Assembly (NCBI RefSeq): GCF_026210795.1
Contig: NC_089435.1
Coordinates: 4,898,001 to 4,962,000, forward strand
Direction of reading: 5' to 3'
Length of the DNA stretch: 64,000 nucleotides
Origin: Rhizophagus irregularis
Lineage: Eukaryota
This document shows, piece after piece, positions 53,223 to 64,000 of this stretch (position 1 is the first letter of the stretch; each line of letters starts with the position of its first letter). Position numbers and translations under genes: made by a program. Below the pieces are notes generated by a model. That model ran no database searches. It saw nothing but the letters and a program-made list of their open reading frames with translations, and was not told the origin of the DNA.

Positions 53223-55250
53223 TTAGTTAATCTGGTTTATTATTACCCGATTGCGGCCACTTTCTTTGGCCTTTCGACAAGCCTCTTCAGCATGATTCAA
53301 TAAGTCAGTAGAAGTTTCTACCGATGAGTTTATTTCGAAAACACCAATGCTAAGCGTAATAGAAAATTTTTCCTCATTGAAAGTAATTGAGTGTTTTTCA
53401 ACAGAATGTCAAATTTTTTCAGCAATTTCAGAGGCCGATTTTGCATCAGTAGTATTATTAAGAAGAATAGTAAATTCATCTCCACCATATCGTGCAAAAA
53501 TATCCTTAGGACCAATATGTTCATTTTTAATTAACTCGGACAATTCTTTTAAAATGTGGACTCCAGATTCATGGCTATGTTGTTTATTGATTTCTCCGAA
53601 TTTATCCACATCAAAAAACAAAAAACTCAAACTTTGTTTATTTTCTCTAGCATTTTCGAATTCATTTTCCAAGCTTTTCCGCAAATAATCCGTGTTGTAA
53701 ACGGGTAAAAGTTTATCCATACGGTTCTCATATTTTCCAGCGGGAAGGTATTGGAAAACTGCTCTTCCTAATTTAATTAAATCGTCTTTTTCTAAAGTTT
53801 GAGAAGCTCGAAATTCGAGTTTTTTATCATTTACATAAATCCCAGATTTAGATCCCAAATCGAAAATTTCGACTTTTCCTTGAAAACTTTTAATTTTTGC
53901 ATGCTGTTTACCAAGTTCTTGATCTTTTATAATAATATGATTTGATTCAGTTCTTCCAACAAATGTTTCATTTTGGGTAAGGAAGAGATATGGGGTTTCT
54001 TCATATAAACCTTTATTAATAAATAAACAAGCTTCTTTCTTTGACGGAGCATTATTTCTCTTAAGGTAAACATTTGGAATATAATCAGAATCTTGATATA
54101 AATGGTTAATATCAATGTCTCCAAGGCTTCGAGCGATCTCTTCAATTGATGGTCGTTTTTTAGGATCGTTGCTCCATGCACTTTCATAAAGCTCTATGTA
54201 ATCTATTGGAGTTGAATTGACTGGAATTTCCTTATTTTTCTCATGAGGGATTTTGCCACTAGATATTTGCCATAGTATCAATCCAAGGCTGTAAATATCT
54301 GAAGATTTGTCGTATTTATAATCAGCGTTAGAACACATCGGATCCACGTAAATATTATCCCCAGGATCAGATATTTCTTTAAGATCGTCAAGTTCGGAAA
54401 GATGATCAAGAGACACGGATTGATTAAATCCTATAATCACAAATGTGCCATCATGATCTAATATGTATTTTGGACACTATTCATGACATTTATGTATAAA
54501 TTTTAGTAAATAATGCAATAAAAATTAAGAATATGAATTGTTTAGCAGGGTCTAAACTAGTTTGGCTGTTAATAATAAATCGATTATTTTTTGCCAATTT
54601 TAATACTCACCAAAACACGGTGTACAATATTTGCTTTATGGATATATTCTACTAAGCCATTGGAAATATCTGCAGCTATTTTTATTTTAAGAGTCCAATC
54701 CATTTTTTCAATATTATTTTTATTTTCTAAATAATCCTTAAGATTTTCACCATAGCATTGCTGCTGAAACACCATAGAGTAATACTTCTTAGAAGGTTCT
54801 GAAATAATGATGTGATAAAGTGAATTATAGATCGGATTAAATGCGAGAATTTAGATGTTTAAAATAGAAATCATATATGTAACCTTTTGTAACGCCATAA
54901 AATCTCATTACGTTTTTATTTTGGTCAACGTCTTTTAAATTCATTACATACCTATTTGTTTTCATTTAAAAATTAGGTGGAAAATTGAAATATAGAACTT
55001 ATGTACATTAACAATCGATGATTTAGGGCTCGTTATAATGTTAATCACTTCTCTGTGAAGCTTTTTATAATATTTATCTTCGTCACTCTAATCTAGTATA
55101 TATTTGATAATGACTCTGCCTTGAGATTCTATATAGGCTTTTTTGATCTCATGTGGCCCTACGTTTGGAATCGCTTCTACGCATTCAAAATTGTCGTATT
55201 TGAACTCCTTTAAAGCACGATTACTGATAAAGATTTGTAATAATATCCAT
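53223..55250 (-). pseudogene. Spliced degenerate protein kinase-FHA-GGDEF (diguanylate-cyclase-like) fusion, disrupted in this copy
   Basis: Exons ~55250-55049, 54951-54884, 54798-54611, 54476-53223. Kinase motifs MRFYGVTK, WTLKIKIAADISNGL, HRVL, YVDP, SDIYSLGLILWQI, KRPS. FHA motifs VGR...QHAKI...DLGSKSGIYVN. GGDEF motifs FFDVDKF, ARYGGDEF and, beyond a TGA at 53409, TLSIGV...AKESGRNRV. Lesions: TAG at 55088, TGA at 53409, frameshifts near 55243 and 54950. Confidence 0.88.
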
Positions 55251-55628
55251 ATTGTTTAGAGGAGGATCACACCGGGTCTGTGGATCTTGTTGATCAATAG
55301 TTAGAAAATGTGATGGTGGTGACCTAGTGGGATTTTCACGAATTATTACACGAGTGTCGAGGGTTAGAGTTCTTTAAAGGAACGTTATAGTAGATGCGCA
55401 AACTTGATTATCGAAGTAATTTCTTTATTGAATTCTTATTGAACTGGTTAGTGAAGAGGATAAAGACCTTTCTTTTAGATACAATTTAAATTAGGAAAAG
55501 GCCCAAAAATTTTATAGATCTATATACAGAATTTTTATACTTTTTCTTTTAACGTACTGTACATGACAGACCAAAATCACTTTATACGGAATAATGGAGA
55601 TAAGCTGAATTTAGTGGCGGCTTATTTT

Positions 55629-55734
55629 AGAATGAGCATCAGAATGAACATCAGAATGAACATCAGAATGGCATCAGAATATGGACATCAGAATGGAGAA
55701 TGAGCATAGAACGGGCATCAGAATGAGCATCAGA
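55629..55734. repeat. 12-bp tandem repeat (agaatgagcatc), ~9 degenerate units
   Basis: Read directly from the sequence. Confidence 0.85.
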
Positions 55735-56230
55735 TCTATTGTTCTAATCAATAATCAATAATTAGAATACAATAAAAAAATAATATTCTATTAAGTTGTC
55801 AATAAAATATTATATTTGTATTCAATAGAATTAATGGAATAAGATCTATTGTTCCATTCATGAAACTTTAAAACCGGTTTTTATAAATGCTTTTAGATTA
55901 TCTAAATTATCGTTTATACATGTTTTTATTTTGGTATTACATTTTTCTGTGAAACACTTCATATATTGATTTGTGAGTTAATATCATGTCTTAAACTCAA
56001 TTTCATTGATTTCGTTAAACGACCTATATATAGGTTAGTTGTGAAAACAAATATGCATGTACCATGAGGTAATTTCATTGTCGCATTTAGTTTTCGTAAT
56101 GATCAAGCGGTCACACAAATAATTTATGCATGTTAAATTTCAATGATTTTCTGTGATACATATTATCTAGTTTACACTAGGCGACAAATAAAGCCTATCA
56201 CTGAAGGCTTGTTCAAAAATTCTTACATAA

Positions 56231-56325
56231 CCCTATAAAAAAAACTCCGATAAATGATCATTTTCTAATTTGTATTCCAAGATAACCTCGACATGTGATC
56301 AATTTCTAAAAAAATTTTTATAGGG
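56231..56325. mobile_element. 95-bp CCCTA-ended mini-element with TAA TSD
   Basis: TAA[ccctataaaaa...tttttataggg]TAA; same termini as the 37944/58514 family. Confidence 0.75.
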
Positions 56326-58513
56326 TAATAATAAAAATTATGTGAAAATTTAGTAAATTTATTATAAAAATAAATGTCCATCTTTTTAAATTAATTTCTT
56401 TAAAGAATAAATATTATAATTTTAATTGATTTATTGCCGTTTTCAAAATGATGTACGCAGTTAAATTTGAATAAAAGAAAAGAAACCCGAAAACCGGACG
56501 AAAATCGGACGAAATATGGACAAAAAAAGGATGAAAACCGGGCGAATATTGGTATTCGAATATACAATCAATTCATTTATGAAATAAGAATTGTCAATAT
56601 TTTCTGAAGATAATCGTTTAACTTTGATATATAACGATGCAATCTATCTGTTCAGGTATAGATAAAGTAGAACTTTCAGCAGTATGCATAACGATAAAAT
56701 AGTTGTTATTAACAGTATGATTGTCATTCTATTGTTCTAATCAATAATTAGAAAATAATAATAAAATAAAAATTCTATTAAGTTGGCAATAAAATATTCT
56801 ATCGGTATCCAATAGAATCAATGGAATAAGATCTATTGCTCCATTCGTAAAACTTTAAACCGGTTTTTTTGGCCGGAAGCTCCATAAAATTCTTCTTCCT
56901 TAGAACTAACTATTATGGAAGTTTTAGAACTAAGTTTAAATTCTTGTGATGACGAGACAAAAGAACAAAAAGCAAGAATAATGCAGGTAATTAAGAACAA
57001 AGAAGTTGTCATTATCGTTTATCTGAAGAGAAGGATCTCGTAAGAAGTGGAAAAAGAGAAGATTGTTTGCTTTTATATGAAATTATTATAAGTAGAGGCT
57101 TTGTTACCAAGCCTTAATGATAAACAGCTCCACTTAGGGGCTTAATATTTAGAAAATGTTGACTGTTTTTTTTTTTGATGATAAAATTTAAATTTTTAAA
57201 TGACGTGTCCAATAATTCATAGACTACACTCGTTGTATTTAAATAAAATTAACTTTTGACCTCAATCTTGGAAGCAGAACTTACGACAAAGAAATAGATT
57301 TTCGCGCGTTTCTATGAATTTAACAAATTCATCAGGATCGATAATAGGTCCTTGATGCTTATGATGGCAATACGTTGAACTTCGTCATTTAGGAAATCAC
57401 GAAAAATATCAAATTCTATGCATTAAAAATTTTTTGAATAAAACTGATAAATTAAATATTTGGTTTCAAGCGAATTGTGTTCTTCAATTCAGCTTTCAAT
57501 TCATGTATTTATTAGTCACTAGATCCTCAACTGATTTTGCTTCTCGGCTATATGTTTTCATAATTTTTCAATATGTTATAACATTTTGTTCAGCTCATTG
57601 AGCCTTGTCTTAGGCAAGTATAGCAACAAGCAAATAATAATACTGCGCTTTTCTATATCCTTTACATTCTCTTGCATGTTATTGAGCTCAAGTTACTATA
57701 TTTCCCCTAAGTAAGAAAAATAAAACGAGCTATAAATTATTTGTTTCAGAACAACTATGGTTCGATTTCATTCAACAATCTTTAATTATTCATTATTTAA
57801 TGAATGCGTTAGTTAGCTTTATAGGAGTTGTTTTATTCTGCGCAAGATTTATTTTATATTGTTGCTTTTTAACCTCCTTTAAAAATAAATACTTGATTTA
57901 TTGATTTATTGATTAAAGTTCGCCATACTGCTCCAAATAAATACAATGAAAGTTATCATAATATCTCCCCTCTGTTAACATTATTAAATGAAATACAATT
58001 TTCTATTTGAATAACAACATCAGATACGTGATATTTTTATATTACGCCCAAGTTTTCTCAATAAAAATTTCAGCCGATTCAGCCAAAAATACTTATGTAG
58101 GAAACTCAGATTTCGATGGGTTGCACGAATTACGATAATAAAATATAAATAGATTAAAAGATATTGTCACCTAAAATTAGAAAAACTTCTTTACTGCTTG
58201 CGCCATTTAATTTTTACTTCCTTAGTCTAATAGTATATCGATCTAAGCATATCTGATATTTGAACAAAATGTTTTTTTACTGATCAATAATTTATTTATT
58301 GTAAAATTATAGAACATTTAATAATGTTCTCATGTTATAATTATGCAGTGACGTTCAAGACAGTAATATATCTAACCTCAAGTGAAAGTAAGGTACATTA
58401 TCTGTTCATAATCTTACATAAAACGTTATCATTATTTGTATTATAGTATTACATTGTATAAATAAATATAAAGATTGCAAGTGAATTATAGTGTATAGCC
58501 AATAAATGGTCAA

Positions 58514-58777
58514 CCCTATAAAAAAAGAATGTCCGGAAATTGTAGCTGAAAACGTCCGGAAATGTTTATTTGTCTGGAATATGTCCGGAATATTGCAATA
58601 TTCCGGACGTTGGAAAATTTCCATTTTCCGGAAAATGTCCAGAAAATGTCTAGGAGGGTTCAGACCCAGCGTCCAGAAAGTGTCCAGAATATTGCAATTT
58701 TCTGGACGTTTTCCGGACACACGGACATTTTCCGGATGTTTTTAGCTACAATTTCCGGACATTTTTTTTTTACAGGG
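58514..58777. mobile_element. Second copy of the 37944 MITE (264 bp), inverted, TSD CAA
   Basis: CAA[ccctataaaaaaagaatgtccgg...ccggacattttttttttacaggg]CAA; nearly identical to the reverse complement of 37944-38208. Confidence 0.95.
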
Positions 58778-59230
58778 CAAACGTACTAGATAAGATAGTC
58801 TCATTAAACCATTTGATGTGCCAAAAGAAAATTTAGGTTTAAAGTAGATTTATTTCTAAAAGCCATACTACATAATATAAATCGTAATAACAAAAAAAAA
58901 ATAAAAATAAAAAGGAAAAAGGAAAAAAAATTTAAATTTTCTATAACCAAAAGAATTTAAGTTTCGCGCATTTTTAGCTAAAATTATTTACAATTTTTGT
59001 CCAAAACTGCGACATCGGTATGCTTTTCATACAGATTATATTCGCTTTTCTCGACATGGAGATAATTTTTATCCACGAAATATTAAATGATTAGGAGGAT
59101 TCAAATAGAAAGGATGTGAATGTGAAAGTTTTTTTACTGATGTCTGTGTAATAAAAGTGTGTGAGTGTCAGAATAGAGGCAAAAGTATATAAGAAAAAAG
59201 AGTTGTAAAGATTTTTCACTGTCTGGATGT

Positions 59231-60714
59231 TCATTTATTAACAATATCTACAAATTAAAAAAAATGAATGAACGTCAATATAAAGAATAATGAAAAAAAG
59301 CAAAAAACACGTTATATAGAAAATGAGAAAATAAGAAAGGTATATATAAATTTCTTACCAGGAAGTTCACGGCAATCTTGATCAACTTCTGAAAAGGATG
59401 AATGTTAATATAGAGCACGAATAAATAAGATGATGGCTTCAAAATTTACCTGCGGATGGCTCTTGCGATTTAGGAGTTGGATTATACATTCCTGCACGAT
59501 ATCTCCTGTCTTCTTTGCTTTTTTCATCATCAGCTTCCTCAAATTGTTTCGCTTCCTCATCACTGCGGCTCTCCTCAGTAGGGAACCAACCTAGCACGGA
59601 CTGCCATTTCATTATTTTCTCTTTAATGTCTAGAGCAGTTGGACGATTTTGTGGATCACTATCCCAACAATTTCTTATCAAAGTTGCATAGCATTCGGGT
59701 ATTTCTTTGGGAATTTCAGGTCTTAGGCCATTATTCTTGATCCGACATACAAGTTCATTATCATAGGAGAGATCTGCATAAGGTTTTTCCCCAGTTCCCA
59801 CTTCCCATAAGATCATTGCAAAGCTATAAATATCAGATGCCTCAGTGTATGGTTTTTTATTTAATACTTCAGGAGCGATGTAAGGTATGACACCAATAAT
59901 TTTTTCCGTTTTTTCTTCACTGGCTTGTTTAGATAACCCCAAGTCGGTGATACGTGAGGGATACAGAAGATCTTTGAACTGCAAAATGTTTCCAGTATGG
60001 AGATCACGATGTGTCATACCAGTTACATGAATTATTTCCAAGCCCGCGACTATGTTTCGAAGAATATCAAGTTTTCGACGCCAATATAATTTGGCTTTGT
60101 TATTTTGAAGGTATTCTCGTAAATCACCATTTTCCGCGTATTCCATTACTATTGCATAATTTTTCGTATCCGGATTTTGAGTGATGCCAAGATAGCTAAT
60201 AAGATGACGACTAGCACATTGAAAATATGCTTCAAGCTGCAAATTGTTTAATAAGTTAATTAAAAATGTGTGGCATACTAATACAATTAATGACATTATT
60301 AACGTGAAATACATATAATGATAATACCTCAGCGATAAAATCATCACTAATATTGTCCGAATTGTTCATAGTTTTTAAAACAACTTTCATTTTTCCTTGT
60401 CTATGCCATTGATTCATTTTATGATTCCATCGTACAACATAACCATTTATCCAAGTTGCCAGAGATATTGTTCCATAACCACCTTTAGCAAAATCTTTTT
60501 CGTTTATTTCAAGATCTTCATAGGGAATCCATTCAAGAAAAAGAATAGTGTTGATAAGGGATGGTCTAACATATTTAACTAGTTCGTCAATTTTTTTGTT
60601 TCCACTTGACCGATTTTCATATTTTTTTTGATTTTGATATTGCTCTTTAATACATGGTTGACAAGGGAGCTTATCTATTTTACACTGATCACATTCTGAA
60701 CAGTTGTGAGACAT
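59231..60714 (-). CDS. Tyrosine-kinase-like (TKL-type) protein kinase with Cys-rich N-terminus; 4 exons
   Basis: Exons 60714-60328, 60236-59450, 59388-59359, 59247-59231 (last two tentative). Motifs SGNKKIDEL, EWIPY, AKGGYG, VVLK, MEYAENG, HRDLHTGNIL, ITDLG, YIAPE, SDIYSF, CWDSDPQNRP; catalytic residues intact. Confidence 0.92.
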
Positions 60715-61445
60715 TGGCCTAAAGTAAAAAATCAAGATATGTAAAACAAGAACTTCCTTTGACTCCTTTCTTTCTTGTCGTTGTGAAAAATTTTGTAATA
60801 TGTATATTTTTAAAAGTATATGAGACAAGAGGAAAAACAAAGAATTTATTTTCACAAGTTATCCAATTTATAAGATTCATTAACATTCAAGATAACACAA
60901 TTTATTAATATTATTTAAAATATATTTTTTCATTTGGAAGAAATTATTGAATATGTTACAAATAGAATAGGAACAATGAAATTCTTTTCTTTCAAATTTT
61001 CAAATTTGGAAATTTTTATGGTTTGCCCAGAAGGCCAGAACAGATTTTCCATTTCAAATCATAACAAGGTGTGACTTGTGAGCCGTGAACGCCAAGGATT
61101 TCTATAAATGACTAAAATAATCACCTTATCCTAAAAAAAAAATTGTTTATTTATACAATAAAACTTGTTTTGTCTTAATTTTTTTGTTTAAACACACGGG
61201 CTGTGCATTGTGCAGTGATGTACATTGGAAGCTTCTAATGGAATTGGAAGGTTCGGAAGCTTCCAATGAGCATGTGTAACAAGTTTATTTTTTATAATGT
61301 ATGTCGAAATATCATTGATTATCATTTGAATGAAATCAAATAAGTTATAAATGAACTTGTCAGAATTTTTTCTTCTAATTCAATTATATTTTAAATTATT
61401 TTTTCAATTATTTTTTAAAAAAAAATAAATTTCACAAATAAAATC

Positions 61446-63782
61446 ATGAAAGAAACATTTTCAAGTTTTAACGTTGATGTATTAGAAAGTGTTAAAGATC
61501 ATGGAATAAAAGTTATACAAACAACTGCAGATATTATTCAAAATTTAATTCCACATTTTGATATAGCAATTAATATAGCATCATGTATATTAGAGATTTA
61601 TGAAAAAGCGAAAACGAATAAAAAAATTTGTAGAGTATTCGCTGATAGAGTGGAATTAGCTTTAACATCAATAAATTATTTAAAAAGGCATATGGATAAA
61701 AATGTTGAAAAATTTCGAGAAAAAAGTTATTTTAAAAATTTTATGCATTTTATTGAAGTATTAGACAAGATTAAAAATTTTGTTGAAGAAATTTCTGAAA
61801 TTAAAGGTTTTAAAAAATATCTCGTCGCTAATGTAATTAATCAACAACTTAATGAAATTAGGGATGATTTTGATCATTGGTATAAATCATTACAACTTGT
61901 TATTACTATTGGTGATGTCATCAGTCGTGAAATTGAAAATGAAGAGATAAAAAGTGATTTAAGTCAATTAAAAGGTCTTTATGAAGATATTAAACAAAAT
62001 TTTAATATAACTGATCAAAAATTATCTATTATTACTGCAAAAATTGAAATGTTAGAGAAAAATTCTTCAATTTTGGATAAATCCAAACCACCTGAAATTG
62101 GTCCGGAACATCTTACTGTACCAGAAGAACCCATCATAGAACGTAATAGTGTTATATTAAGAAAATATAAAAATTTTGATGTCGCTTGTAAGCCAACTAA
62201 ATATTCACTTAACGATACTAGTCCGGATTCAAAAAAAGCTGGTGCAACTCTAACAATTTGGAATGAATTAAATGAATGTCCTTATATAATTAAATTTTTT
62301 GGAATTTCAAATTTGGATATATACACTGAAAATGTTATGGTTTTAGAATGGGCTGAATTTGGTGATTTAAAAAGTCTTTATGAGAGTAAGAATCTTAATT
62401 GGAAACTTAAATTAAGTATGGCGAGAGATATTTTTCGTGGTCTTTGTTTCTTGAATTATATTCGTAAGTTCTGTTTATTTAGTATTAGTTATTTTTTATT
62501 AATATTTACGTCGTAAACTAAATTTATATCAACCACAGGTGTTTTACATCATGATGTTAGATGTGAAAATATTTTGGTAAGTTCTTTGATTCATCAGTTA
62601 TTAATTAAATATTGACTATATGCTGATTTTATTAATCTGTATAATTTAAAGGTAGCTGAAGGATTTAAATGTAAAATAACCAATTTTACTTTAAGCCGTA
62701 AAACAAAATATGTAACTACCAAAGTACATGATGATGAGAGTTCGAAACAAATGATGCGTTGGATGGCTCCTGAGAAACTTAAATCTTATCAAAAATCAAA
62801 TCAAAATACGAAAATAGAACCATATACTTATGCGTGTGAAATGTTTAGGTATGTAATCAGGTTGGCTAAAGATAAATTATATAAATAAGAAACAACTTTT
62901 TAAATTCTTTTTTTCTTTTATAGTTTTGGAATGCTTCTTTGGGAGCTTTCTTTTAATAGAGTACCATATAAAGACATGGAATATGATGAAATAATTGAAC
63001 ATGTTATGAGTGGAAAACGAGAAACATTAGACTTTGTAAATTGTCCACGTGATATAATTGATGGTTTCACCGAAATTATTACATTGGCATGGCAACATGA
63101 AAATCGCAAGCGTCCGTCAACCCAAAAGGTCTCAAAAATTCTTGAATCATTATATAAATCTTACGAAAATAATTTATTAAATTTAAATGAAGAAACAAAT
63201 TATGAATCTCAAAAATGTTCTTCTACTATCTCTACCACTACCAGTAATAATACTATTGAATTTGTTAATGAGTATGTCCTTGATCTTTTACCATTATCAA
63301 AAGGTATTGAACATCATAATTTAAAAGCTAAGAAAACGAAATCAGAACAAGATTACAAAATTTGTTGGGAATGTTTCAATGCACACGCAAATCTTGGTAA
63401 TAAAACGGCCATGTATTGGAAAGGACTTTATTTATGGAAGGGTTTTGTTGAAGAGAATCAAATTGAAGCAAAAAGATTATTTAAAATTGCAGCTGACTCT
63501 GGAATAGCTGAAGCTCAATTAGAATATGCTTTTGCTTATGATAGTGAGAATCTTGAAAATCCTGATTTACCTTTTAATGAAAAAGAATGTTGGAAATATT
63601 TAAAAATGGCCGCTGAAAATAGTAATCCTACAGCATTATACCACGTAGGTATTACTTATTATAATGGAAATGTGGGAGTGCAACAAGATAAAGAAAGAGG
63701 TATTGAATATCTTAAACTTTCCGCTTTACAAGTTAATCCTAAAGCAATTGAAACATTAAATAAATACGGAGTTAATCTTTAA
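61446..63782 (+). CDS. MLKL-like N-terminal helical bundle + degenerate kinase + Sel1-like repeats; 4 exons, 703 aa
   Basis: Exons 61446-62463, 62539-62576, 62652-62848, 62924-63782 join in frame (2112 nt). The N-terminus (IYEKAKTNKKICRVFADRVE...VLDKIKNFVEEI) resembles the MLKL N-terminal domain. The kinase lacks a Gly loop and has HHDVRCEN, NFT in place of DFG, and WMAPE. C-terminal Sel1 repeats (AKRLFKIAADSG, YLKMAAENSNPTA, YLKLSALQ). Confidence 0.9.
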
Positions 63783-64000
63783 TAGATTCGTTATTGATTT
63801 AAATTTCTTTTATTAAACTATATTAAGTTAATGTGCGGTGACGAAGTCACCGCCGTATAACATTAATTCTGTTACTTTCATTGACTAAACATATAAGTTT
63901 AAATTTATAACTTAGATAGGCTAAAGATAATAAAAATGATACTTTATTGGTCATATGAAATTTATTGTTATTAATGCATTTAAGAAAGAAAATTTTTAAA

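Noticed and set aside
53409..53411. Selenocysteine or alternative genetic code at the in-frame TGA
   Set aside because: The position corresponds to a conserved Arg, TGG is used for Trp in the same ORF, and the gene has other lesions.
53223..54476. Bacterial contamination or endosymbiont DNA as the source of the GGDEF ORF
   Set aside because: It is in frame with a kinase domain interrupted by GT-AG introns, and its AT-rich composition matches neighbouring genes. Long-read confirmation is still advisable.
56914..57710. Coding-looking fragments (MEVLELSLNSCDDETKEQKARIMQ... and a minus-strand coiled-coil-like stretch)
   Set aside because: Short, interrupted by stops and with no recognisable domain.

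Overview
Very AT-rich, intron-containing eukaryotic DNA. The gene families (signal-peptide Kelch membrane proteins, TKL-type kinases, MLKL-like kinase-Sel1) and short introns point to a Glomeromycota (arbuscular mycorrhizal) fungus such as Rhizophagus; this is an inference. Bases ~2.9-52 kb are a tandem segmental-duplication array. It holds four minus-strand copies of a 6-exon signal peptide-Kelch propeller-Pro linker-TM-tail gene (one pseudogene, two intact, one with a MITE in a splice donor) and three copies of an Arg-rich small ORF. It is densely invaded by non-autonomous TIR transposons, several confirmed by TSDs and empty paralogous sites; the larger ones carry arrays of spliceosomal micro-exons. 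The right end (53.2-63.8 kb) holds three kinase-family genes: (i) a spliced, degenerate kinase-FHA-GGDEF (diguanylate-cyclase-like) fusion, damaged in this copy; (ii) an intact TKL-type kinase; and (iii) head-to-head with it, an MLKL-like N-terminal bundle-degenerate kinase-Sel1 gene. The intron-bearing GGDEF fusion beside a kinase/MLKL-like pair is the best candidate for an undescribed cyclic-dinucleotide or cell-death signalling system. All alignments and translations were done by eye; no database was searched.
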